A stretch of 64,000 nt of DNA from Geosiphon pyriformis uo1 (Eukaryota; Fungi; Glomeromycota), in the NCBI GenBank assembly GCA_016748015.1, contig JAAOMT010000484.1, positions 133,443-197,442 of the forward strand, given 5' to 3'. Shown here piece by piece: positions 47,696 through 59,439 of this stretch. Under the pieces are notes generated by a model. The model was not told the DNA's origin. It saw nothing but the letters and a program-made list of their open reading frames with translations, and ran no database searches. Each line of letters begins with the position of its first letter. Position 1 is the first letter of the stretch. The position numbers were made by a program, and so were the translations under genes.

Positions 47696-50600
47696 ACATC
47701 TTTCCATCCCAGTTCCAAATCTTGGTTGTGCATATCCAGTCTATATTTTGGTCTAAGGATCCTATTGTCTCTTGGACTTTGTTGCTGCCTATCCAGTCTA
47801 AAGCTGATTGAAGACTAGCCTGTTTGTTCAAAAAATGCCTGATGTTTAGATCCAATTCTACTCCTCCACAAACAGGAATGTATGCAGTCTCCTTAGCATT
47901 GTAGGCCCACCTCATTGTATGAAGAGTAGTAGATCCTTTGGCTAGTTTGTCAGCCTTCTTATTTTTTAATATACCAGCATGTACAGCCACTTTGTTCATG
48001 TTGAAATCAATCCTCTTTTTTCTTATTATTGCTCTGATTGCATTCCATGTGCACCAGTTTGAAGTTTTGAGCTGATTTCTAATAGACAGAAGAGAATCTT
48101 TGGACAACCATCTTTGAGCCATTGCTATTACCACTTGACTATCCATGTTTATTTTTAGTTTGCATCTGTAAGGTACTGCTTCCAAAACTAACAATACAGC
48201 CTTTGCCTCTGCTTTTGTTGATGATAATGTTCCATCAATTGCAATACCAAATTTGGCCTCTATCCCATGTGTTATGAAAGCAGCCACTCCTTTTGCATCC
48301 TCAGAACCAGCTTTCATTAGTGAGCCATCTGTTGATATTTCTATTTCTTTTCTGAGTCTCAACTTCTCTTGTACACACTTCCATTGTGGTAGTAAAGTGT
48401 CAGGGATATAAATGTAAATAGTGTCTCTTTGCATTGTTTCTAAATCATCTGGTATTTGGTTAGTCAGTATGTGCATACCCAATGTCTCATATTGTGCTAT
48501 ATCAATGTTTCTGTACTCATTCATAATGATTGTAGATTCTAAAATCTTAAACCATCTGGGAATTTTACCACTATCACTTTGTCTGTACTTCCTTGTGAAG
48601 TCCATCCATGTCATCAATGACTCATTTTTGTTCTGTATCTGATGCAAGTACAACATGTTTTTCTTTCTTAGTAAGCTTCTAACTTTAATGTAGGTGTCAC
48701 TTGAAGATAAGATAGACTCAATTAAATATGCCTGTGGTCTTGAAGATTCAGGCACCCCATGTGTGTTACCATTGCTCCTGAATGAGATGCCTCTTTTTTC
48801 CATCATCTGTATAATGTTTGCTATAAGATTAACCCTTGGCTTAGATTGTTCATTTGTGGGATATTCAAGTATACTATAAGCTGACCATCTTTGTGCCTGC
48901 AAGTTGGCTAGTCTGATTTTTGTAGCCATTCCAGCAATATCAGCACTGTTCAATCTAACTAACAAATTTGTAATCTTGTTTTTTGCTTGTATATCATCAA
49001 TTTTAAACAAGTTATACAAGGATGAGTGATGCATGGCACTGGCTGGGAAATCTACTAAAAGTTTTGCTTTTTTCTTCACAGTGGCCAAAATCTTGGAAGT
49101 CCATTTCCTAGCCCAGCTATTAGAAATATGATTCAACTGAGATCTGAATTCAATAGCTGGACTAAGTACACTGTTAAAAATGTAAATGGCCTGTTTCTCA
49201 GTTATGTGTTTTTTTCTGATAACTGCACACACTGCTTCAATGTCAGATTCTATCATTTTTAGAACAGTTTCATTTTTTCCATCTGCTCTGATCCATACCC
49301 CCAAATATTGGGTACATGTAGATAGATCCAACAATTTCAAGATTTGTTTGTCTGGACCAAATTTTAGTGGCTCAACCATTGAAAATCTCCTTTTGGAGGG
49401 TCTGACCACCATTGTCTTAGTCTTATCTAAGTTGATCTCAATATTCACCATTCTAAAAAAGGAGCTGGCTGTGTCCAAAATACTTTGCATTCCATACTGT
49501 GTCATCGACAAAGGCAAGGTGATTCACTGACACCAACAGAAATTGTATATCTGATTGATTATCCCACTTTTTCCATGCTGCTGTCAGTTTGTATTTCTGA
49601 CTATAATTGGCTTGTTTTACTTCACACAGTAAGGGATCATAGAAAATTCTTCCCCCTGATCCAGTCCATCTTGTATTTGATATTCGTCACTTAACCCAAA
49701 TTCAGTTATGATCCTGTTGCTTCTATTGTTGTGCATCAAGCCAAACAGCTCAGTAAACCTATTGTTCATATTAATTCTCTTTAGTGCAGCTTCCATGGGT
49801 TTTCATCCCACTGAATCATATGCCTTTTTCATGTCCTGAAATGTAAACCAAGCCTCCTTATCAAATTCTCTTGCATGTTCAGCTACAGCATTAATCACAT
49901 GAATAGGCACTGCTGTGGAGGTATTTTTTAATACTGAGGTATTGTAATCTTTTAGGACATTGTGGAGTTCACATGCTTTTGATATCCTAGCAGTTAGAAT
50001 CTTTGTTAAAATTTTTCTGGTGCTTTCAATGAGTGTGATCAGCCTAGTGATGTCAATATTGCCACCCCATTCTTTTGGCTTTGGAATCAGTATAACTTGT
50101 GCTACTCTCTACTCCTCAGGCATGTTTGCTGCTTTAATGCAAGCATTGAGCAATGTTTTCAGTTTAGACTTGATATTAGGCCCAGCCTTCAGCTTGAATG
50201 CCTGATGGGCCAGGAGCTTTGTTATGGGGTGTGTGGCTTAATACATGTTCAAATTCCTCATTTGTTAATTCATCTATTACACCATCAAAGGCATGGTCTG
50301 GAATGCTTTCAATTAGCTCAAATCTGTGTTCCCAACTTTTCCATAAGTCAGGCTCAATGCTTTTTGTTCTGGTCCACCCTTGGGCTTTTTTGTTTACTAG
50401 CTTTTTAATTTCATCAGAATCATCATGAAATTCACCTTCTTCAATTACATGGTCTAGTACAATTCTTTGTCTTTTTCTGTTTATGATGCTTTTGATCATA
50501 GCTCCTTTGTTTAGATTGAAGTTTTATTGTCTTCTAATAATATTGTCCACTATCTATCTCTGCTGTTGTAGCCTGATCCTAGCTCGCAGTGTTGATCTGT

Positions 50601-51825
50601 ATTCTTTCTTAATATTGAGTAATTCCATAATTAGCTTATTCTTTGGGAGAGTCATCAAATATGCATTAACTGCCTCAGGTTTCAGCTGTTTTCATTTGGC
50701 CAACAACTGCACAATATTGTTATCATGCATATCTGCATTGTTTACTCTTAATTGTTTGATTATATCAACAATCTTAACAAGCTTGTGATCTATGCATTCT
50801 TTCTTTGTGTGTGCAGATTGGGCTCCCACTTTCCTTTTTGGTAGGCACTTAGCAGCTTGTAACACAGTCTCCTTAATTGTAAGCCACATCTGGTTTAAAT
50901 CATTATTGTTGTTATCTATTGATTTTCTTTGTGCTTCATCTGTTAGTCAATCAGATTCTCTAGCATAGATTTCCCATTGGACTCCAGATGTCTTTTTAAC
51001 ATCAATCATAGTTGTGCTACACCTCTTTCTCCCAGATCTAGATTTTTTAGTGCCTGCCAAGATTCAATCAGATCGGATGATTGTTACTACTGCTTTGTAA
51101 TCTGTGCTAAAAGATTCATTAACATCAATCACCCCAATGTTTGTGACCAGTAAGGCTGTAACTGCATCAGTAAACACATAGTCCAATCTTCTTTGTACAC
51201 CATTTGATGCCCATGTCTTTTCTGGATTGTTTGTTGCATATGCCCCATGTGTATCCACTAAATTCATATGTTGTAATGTTGCAGCAGTTGGACAAACTTT
51301 GGCCTTATTTGTAGCATATGTTTCCTCAAGTGACTTGGATGACAGATCTTCATTCAAATTGTCTGCTACTATGATAATCTCTTTGTTCTGTACAATGTCT
51401 CCCAAAAGTTTCCTGATTTCTTTAGCTACTGCTCTCTCAGTAGGCAATTTGAAAGCAGGCATGTACAGTCCTACTATGTGCACACTGACTTTTCCTCTAA
51501 ATTTCAACCCCAAATGCAACAACCTCTCATGAAACCCCTTGATTGTTTCTACATGGTGTATCCAACATTTTTTGACCAGTATACCAACTCCAGTTCCCAT
51601 TTGTTTCTCTGTGCTTGACTCCCAAAAGGCATGATATTTATCAGTACCAAAAAATACACCCTTTTTTTTTGTTGAAGTCATTTTAGTTTCTGTAACAATC
51701 ACAAAGTCAAATTGTTCTTCAATAACCCAATGTAGCACCTCTTCAGCTTTACTAGGATTATTAAGCCCTCTAACATTAACAGTACCAATTTTTCAAGTGT
51801 CATTATTGGAGTAGTTCTGTTCTAT
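47696..51825 (-). pseudogene. LINE ORF2: AP endonuclease, reverse transcriptase, RNase H
   Basis: IGTVNVRGL, VTETK, RLDYVF, STD (APE). KAPGPSG, DMKKAYDSV, GLDQG, AFVDD at 49501-49515 (RT). STDGS, AEAKA, MDSQ, ADKLAK (RNase H). Stops and frameshifts. Confidence 0.92.
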
Positions 51826-53025
51826 GTTGGAATCAGGTGTGCTACACATTATCTGTTTCCATGAATTTAGATTCTCCAGCAGTAGAACTGCTCCAGCTAC
51901 TCTGTTTTTTCACTTGCTTTAATAACTCCAGAATGGGTTTCAAAGTTTTTTTAATTTCTTTGATTTCCAATTCTGGGTTGTATGCCTTTTTTTTTCCTGC
52001 TGGGGTAGATTTCAATGTAGTACTTTGGCTTGGTAACCCAATTTCTACCACTTCTTTTTCTTCTGAGGTGTTACTCGGCTGTTAAGTAACTATTACTTTT
52101 TTACTTTTCTCTATTGTCACTCCAAGTTTGGTAGCAACTGCATTCAGCAGTTTTGCCATTTCATTAACCTGCTGTCTTAGTTCATCAATTTCACTCTTCT
52201 ATGATTGGTTAACTCCTTTTTTTAATTGTTCTTCCCTATTGTTCACTTGTAGACCAGGTTTCTGAGTATTGTTTGGATTGGTGTTGTTTCAGTTATGGGG
52301 CAGTCTGAGTGCAGCCATATCAGCATATGATTTTCCACCAAAAGCCTTGATGTTTTCCTCTGGAACATTTCTCTTAACATACAGTTTTGCCAACCTGATA
52401 TTGTTGATAACTTTTTTGGTATCTCCTTCTTTCTTCTTATGCAGGGTTGGACATTTTGAGACCAAATATCCTACCTGGTAACAGAAGTGGCACTCTTTAG
52501 CATCAGTAGGCACCCAGTGGACCAATGTGTCATCAATCACCAAGGGCTTTTTAGTGGCATTGTTGCAGCTAGCTTCACTGTCAAATCCTATGTAAGCACA
52601 GCCCATCCTTGTGTAATTTTTACTAGTTCTTGGAATGAAGCAGGATTGGGCTTTAATTTAATCTAAAGTGGTGCTCAAATAGTGAGCAGTACAGTTCTGT
52701 GGTAGGCTTACCAATTTAGCTTCCCAGGTTTTTCTCTGCTCAATGATCTTTTGGGTTCCAATTATTGGGTAAATTCTGACTGCATTTTTTCTGACCATGG
52801 TTAACCATTAATCTACAGCTCTTGTTGCTTCTTCTTGGTTGTTATATTCAACCACTGCTGATTGCCATTTGCCAGCCACTCTAATTTGGATTTTATTGAC
52901 CTCACCAAATTCTCTCATAGCAGCTCTCACCTCTCTGTCAGAGATGCCCAAGGGGATATCTCTTACCAAGACTTTTTTTTGACCAGCCATTTAAATGTTG
53001 ACGCCATCAGTAGCCATTAAAAAAA

Positions 53026-55446
53026 TTTTTTTTTTGTTAACATGTAGCCACACCAGTTGTTTATTAGTTATTCCACAGTAATGTGGCAGTTTCATAAAGC
53101 CAGCTCACCCAATAATACATATTACAAGATGCAGCTAACCACAAGTGGAAAGCCCTAACTACATGCTAGTACTACCTTTGCTACCTAATGTATTAAACAT
53201 ATCTAATTCATACATCTTACCCATAATGCATACAAGTTCATGACTACTCTTAACAAGACTGCTCATCCATTTAGCAGTCTGATCTGAATCAGACTTGATA
53301 TTAGAGGATTGAACCTCCCATAACTCCATCATCGCATCAAATGTGACCAAAAAATCTTTAGCATCACCATTATTATCATCATCATCATCATCCATGTCTT
53401 CATCATCAGATATGTTATGGTGTACCTTCCCACTTCTCAACTTGAGGACCCTCACTTCCTTTTGCAGCACAGAAGCCACAGCACAAACAGCCTTAATTTG
53501 GTTTCCCAATCCAATTACACTTTCCTTCATTGCCTCTGCCATAACTGGTGGAGTAGACAATAACATAGTAACCAATGCAACCAAAGAACCCACAGGCTCA
53601 ACTATAGATTTGATCAACAAAGACAATTCACTAAGTTGGGTTTCCAGAGAAGCCAATCTAGCATTAACAGCAACATCTGAACCAGAGGAGGCAACTGGCA
53701 ACAGTGGCACCACAACTTTGGGGGAGGTACTAAAAGCCAGACCCATATCAGCAGCAGCAGCAACAGGAGGAACCACAGAAGTGACAGCTTTGGCATAGGA
53801 TTTAGCTCCAACAAGGGATGACTTGAAAATGATGGGACCACCAGCAGAATTAGAAGAGAATTTGGGAGGGAGAGGTGGCAACACCTTGCAGTCCACAGCC
53901 AAATGATCCAAACTTTGACATCTATAGCAGCACTGACATCCAGGAGTTTCCCACCAGATGCGGCAGCCACATAAGGTACTGGTTTTTGAAACAGCAGCAT
54001 TTAAAGATTCCAAGAAGCCAAAGGTCACTACTGCAAAGCATTGATGTCGATAGGAATCAGGGGAGTGGGGAATGAAACACATATGGCCACCAACTTGGGA
54101 GACCAGATCACTTATCTCAAATGCAGTGCAGCCAAATGGAAGATTAACCAGCTTAGCTTTGAAAGCATCTCTTGAGGAAATAATCTCCTTTTGGTTGGCA
54201 ATGGGAAGAATCCTAACACTATCTTTTCTAGCCAACATAGACCAATTAGAGAGAGCAGCAGCCGCAGAAGAAATGTCCTTAAAGTTAACCACAGCATATT
54301 GTCATAAGCCAGCAGGCTTCAACTTAACAGAAGTGACAACACCAAAAATGCCAAGAGCAGATTTGATGTCATCAGAAGAGGCACCCAAGGATACATTGCA
54401 CAGTGCAACTGACAAAAAAGGGGAAGAAACAGAGGCCACTCCTGAAGACCATGCAATCTTAAGAGTGGTCAAAAAAACCTCATCACCAATGGCTACCTTG
54501 GTAGCACCATTTAGACACTCCTGAGATGCAAATTCCACACAGAACAACTTGACAGCATCTCGTGAAACAGATTTAAGCCCAATACAACCAGGCAGCAACT
54601 GAAACAAAGAACTGAGCAAAGCCATCTTAATCTTAAACATAGCACCAGGTACAAGATTGGAGGCCACCCAACCAGAAAACCTCTGATGACCATTTACATT
54701 CTCCCAAGCACCAGCATCAGCTGCACCAGAAACTGGGGGGAACAGTTGATTCCATTTCCATCTGATCAGCCCAATCTTTAAGATCATCTAGATTGATGAA
54801 CTGTTTTGCTACTGGAATTGGCAATAATCTACTGGAGAGTACCACATCAGACAACACAGCCAGTAGTTGATCTTGGCCCATCTTGGGAGATGTGCCACTG
54901 CTGTTGCCATCCATATCAGGAATAAGGCTGGCTGCTGCTGTGGAGATCTTACTGAAGATCTCATCTAGAACCACAAAGGGGTTTGGTGTGACCATAGCAG
55001 TTGCAACTGCCTGCTGCTGTTTTTTGGAATTTTTGGCTTTCACGGCCATTTGTGAAGCAGTAGTAGTAGAAGTAATAGTGGGAGTAGTAAGAGCGGGAAA
55101 GACCAACTTGTTGACTGGCCTGTTATTAAAAATCCTTGGGCTTTTTGAAGTAGTGGAGACAACACTGGGACTAACCCAAGTGTGTCTTTTGGAAAAAACT
55201 TTGACTGGGGAAGAACTACTAGCCAAAGGTGAAGAAAATGAACCAGAAGCTGCTAAAGGCAGCTTATTACTATTATTTTTTAAAAGAAATGTTGCCAGAA
55301 CGTTTTGTCTAACTGCTTCAATAACAGAGAGACCCTCTCATGTTGAAACTTTATTAGTTACTATAGGAAAAGTAACGTTTGCAACTTTTTTACTCTTAGC
55401 TCTATTCATGATCATGAAATTTAGGAGAGAAAGAGTTTTTTTTTTT
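53026..55446 (-). mobile_element. ORF1-only element H7, full length
   Basis: 16-bp TSD CAGTAGCCATYAAAAA (53008-53023, 55448-55463), T10 tail, 5' A11, ATG 55415, stop 53159. Confidence 0.95.
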
Positions 55447-56163
55447 CCAGTAGCCATCAAAAATGATTCAATTTCATTATTTGCCAAAATTTCTCTGGCT
55501 TGGTCTCTTCCAGCCACTTGAAAAAAATCCATTCTGATTTCTTAGTTTCTAGCCATTACAGCCCCCAAAAGGTATCTGACATCTCCCAAAAGATTGTAGA
55601 TCCACCCCACTTTCTTTTCCATGATTTTTTCAGGTATATCTAATGCTTGCACAAAAAGTACATGTTTTTTGGTCCTATGAACCACTGTTCTCCATCCTTC
55701 CTCCTGGTTTGCTTCCATAAGCATGGGTTTTTTGCCAAGTGACCTATTACTGTATTGTCTTGGACTTAGACTAGCCATTTTGCTTGATAGGCTTGATTCA
55801 GAGTCTTTCATGTCTTCTGTGACATCATCTGCATTAGGCTTATCTTTGTTTACATCAAATGGATTGTCCATTTGCTTTTCATTCTCCAATGCAAAATTTC
55901 CCCTGTTGATCCTGTCCAAAATATCAGGATTGCACTTTTTCAGAACTGCTTCTATTTGTGCAGCTCTGTCTCTGTCTTCTTTAGGTGCTTTGAATGGTTC
56001 ATCCATTTTTTTCAGGGACTTTGAGGCTCTTTTTTTATTAGTCCAAGCTTCTATTTGAAATTTGTTGCTATTTTCTTCTTTGTTAAACATTGGCTGCAAG
56101 ACAAAGTTATCAGTTTGAACAGATGTGGTTTTGGGTAGGTCTTCTTCAGATATTTGGGTAAAT

Positions 56164-58908
56164 AAAAAACTCTTTCTCTCCTAAATTTCATGACCACGAA
56201 TAGAGCTAAGAGTAAAAAAGTTGCAAACGTTACTTTTCCTATAGTAACTAATAAAGTTTCAACACGAGAGGGTCTCTCTGTTATTGAAGCAGCTAGACAA
56301 AACATTTTGACAACATTTCCTTTAAAAAATAATAGTAATAAGCTGCCTTTAGCAGCTTCTGGTTCATTTTCTTCACCTTTGGCTAGTAGTTCTTCCCCAG
56401 TCAAAGTTTCTTCAAAAAGACACACTTGGGTTAGTCCCAGTGTTGTCTCCACTACTTCAAAAAGCCCAAGGATTTTTAATAACAGGCCAGTCAACAAGTT
56501 GGTCTTTCCTGCTCTTACTACTCCCACTATTACTTCTACTACTACTGCTTCACAAATGGCCGTGAAAGCCAAAAATTCCAAAAAACAGCAGCAGGCAGTT
56601 GCAACTGCTATGGTCACACCAAACCCCTTTGTGGTTCTAGATGAGATCTTCANNNNNNNNNNNNNNNNNNNNTCTGGTTCATTTTCTTCACCTTTGGCTA
56701 GTAGTTCTTCCCCAGTCAAAGTTTCTTCAAAAAGACACACTTGGGTTAGTCCCAGTGTTGTCTCCACTACTTCAAAAAGCCCAAGGATTTTTAATAACAG
56801 GCCAGTCAACAAGTTGGTCTTTCCTGCTCTTACTACTCCCACTATTACTTCTACTACTACTGCTTCACAAATGGCCGTGAAAGCCAAAAATTCCAAAAAA
56901 CAGCAGCAGGCAGTTGCAACTGCTATGGTCACACCAAACCCCTTTGTGGTTCTAGATGAGATCTTCAATAAGATCTCCACAGCAGCAGCCAGCCCTATTC
57001 CAGATATGGATGGCAACAGCAGTGGCACATCTCCCAAGATGGGCCAAAATCAACCACTGGCTGTGTTGCCTGATGTGGTACTCTTTGGCAGATCATCACC
57101 AATCCCAGTAGCAAAACAGTTCATCAATCCAGATGATCTCAAAGATTGGGCTGATCAGATGGAAATGGAATCAACTGTCTCCTCCCAGTTTCTAGTGCAT
57201 CTGATGCTAGTGCTTGGGTGAATGTGAGTGGATGTCAAAGGTTCTCTGGTTGGGTGGCCTCCAATCTTGTACCTGGTACTACGTTTAAGATCAAGATGGC
57301 TTTGCTCAGTTCTTTGTTTCAGCTGCTGCCTGGTTGTATTGGGCTTAAATCTGTTTCATGAGATGCTGTCAAGTTGTTCTGTGTGGAATTTGTATTTCAG
57401 GAGTGTCTAAATGGTGCTACCAAAGTGGCCATTGGTGATGAGATTTTTTTGACCACTCTTAAGATTGCATGGTCTTCTGGTGTGGCCTCTGTTTTTTCCT
57501 CTTCTTTGTCAGTTGCACTGCGCAATGTACTCTTGGGTACCTCTTCTGATGACATCAAATCTGCTCTTGGCGTTTTTGGTGTTGTCACTTCTGTTAAGTT
57601 GAAGCCTGCTGGCTTATGACAATATGCTGTGGTTAACTTTAAGGACATTTTTTCTGCTGCTGCTGCTCTCTCTAACTAGTCTGTGTTGGTCAGGAAAGAT
57701 AGTGTTAGGATTCTTCTCATTGTCAACCAAAAGGAGGTTATCTCCTCAAGAGATGCTTTCAAAGCTAAGCTGGTTAATCTTCCATTTGGCTGCACTGCAT
57801 TTGAGATAAGTGATCTGGTCTCCCAAGTTGGTGGCCATACATGCTTCATTCTCTACTCTCCTGATTCCTATCAACATCAATGCTTTGCTGTGGTGACCTT
57901 TGATTTTTTGGAATCTTTAAATGCTGCTGTTTCAAAAACTAGTACCTTACGTGGCTGCCGCATCTGGTGGGAAACTCCTGGATGTTGTCACTGCTATAGA
58001 TGTCAATGTTTGGAGCATTTGGCTGTGGACTGCAAGGTGTTGCCACCTCTCTCTCCCAATCTCTCTTCTAATTCTGCTGGTGGTCCCATCTTTCTCAAGT
58101 CATCCCTTGTTGAAGCTAAATCCTATGCCAAAGCTGCCACCTCTGTGGTTCCTCCTGTTGCTGCTGTTGCTGATATGGGTCTGGCTTTCAGTACATCCCC
58201 CAAAGTTGTGGGGCCGCTGTTGCTGGTTGCCTTCTCTGGTTCAGATGTTGCTGTTAATACTAGATTGGCTTCTCTGGAAACCCAACTTAGTGAACTGTCT
58301 TTGTTGATCAAATCTATAGTTGAGCCTGTGAGTTCTTTGGTTGCATTGGTTACTACGTTATTGTCTACTCCACCAGTTATGGTTGAGGCAATAAAGGAAA
58401 GTGTGATTGGATTGGAAAACCAAATTAAGGCTGTTCGTGCTGTGGCTTCTGTGCTGCAAAAGGAAGTAGGAGCCCTTAAGTTGAAAAGTAGGAAGGTACA
58501 CTATAACATATCTGATGATAAAGACATGGATGATGATGATAATGATAATGATGATGGTGATGCTAAAGATTTTTCGGTCTATAATGATACATTTGATGTG
58601 ATGATGGAGTTATAAGAGATTCAATCCTTTAATATCAAGTCTGATTCAGATCAGATGGCTAAGTAGATGAGCAGTCTTGTTAAGAGTAGTCATGAACTGG
58701 TATGCATTATGGGTAAGATGTATGAATTAGATATGTTTAATATATTAGGTAGCAAAGGTAGTACTAGCGTGTAGTTAGGGCTTTCCACTTGTGGTTAGCC
58801 ACATCTTGTAATATGTATTATTGAGTGAGCTGGCTTTATGAAACCACCACATTACTGTGGAATAACTAATAAACGACTGGCATGGCTACACGTTAACAAA
58901 AAAAAAAA
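56164..58908 (+). mobile_element. ORF1-only element H8, full length (length inflated by the gap duplication)
   Basis: 13-bp TSD TATTTGGGTAAAT (56151-56163, 58909-58921), 5' A6, ATG 56190, stop 58774, A11 tail. Confidence 0.93.
56653..56672. other. Assembly gap (20 N) with a 295-bp flanking duplication
   Basis: 56358-56652 is repeated at 56673-56967. Confidence 0.9.
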
Positions 58909-59439
58909 TATTTGGGTAAATTTCTCAGTTAGCCCTTTTACACTTAATCTTCCAATGTGTCTGTATTTTTTGTTGGCCTTTTCCTCCAATCTGTTAGCTG
59001 TTATTAGAGAAAAGTCTGCTGCTCTTCTATGTGGAGCTGTTTTTTTTGATGTGTTGGCTATTCTAAAAGGTGTATCATCTCCACTACTTGTGTTCACACT
59101 TCCAAATGGCCTATTGGTAGTTTCAAATCTAAATAGAGGTGTAATAGGTTTGGCAGTTTCCACAGTTAATGAATTTTGTGAATTAGTGTTAATGTCTTCT
59201 TCTCCAGCAGTGGAAGTTATGTTCTTTTTCACTTGGTATTTATTATCAATAGTCTCTACACTTGTACTTCTTTGTGTGACTGTTGTCACTTTACTGTTGA
59301 CGTTGTTATTAGACACTTTTAAGTCTGTTGTGATAGTAATAATAATATATTTCAGTTAAAGATTTCTTTGCAAAAACTTATTTTTCAAATTTAAGGTGTA
59401 GTAAATTGTGTGGTAGCAGTCAAAGAGAGAAAAAAAGTT

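Larger units (their letters stand above)
51842..59316 (-). pseudogene. LINE ORF1 (RRM-like domains, CCHC knuckle, coiled coil), split by H7 and H8
   Basis: Pieces at 58922-59316, 55448-56163 and 51842-53023. VRDIPLG..FGEV..WQSAVVEY, CFIPR, CHFCYQVGYLVSKC. Confidence 0.85.
47696..59439 (-). mobile_element. APE-type non-LTR retrotransposon (LINE) with RNase H; 5' end intact, 3' end cut by A4; hosts H7 and H8
   Basis: 5' UTR, ORF1 and ORF2 are collinear once H7 and H8 are removed. Confidence 0.92.

Noticed and set aside
54883-55521. Long antisense ORFs over H, gag and pol
   Set aside because: Shadow frames of the real ORFs, with no recognisable domains.
56358-56967. 295-bp direct duplication in H8
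   Set aside because: Same gap-overlap artefact.
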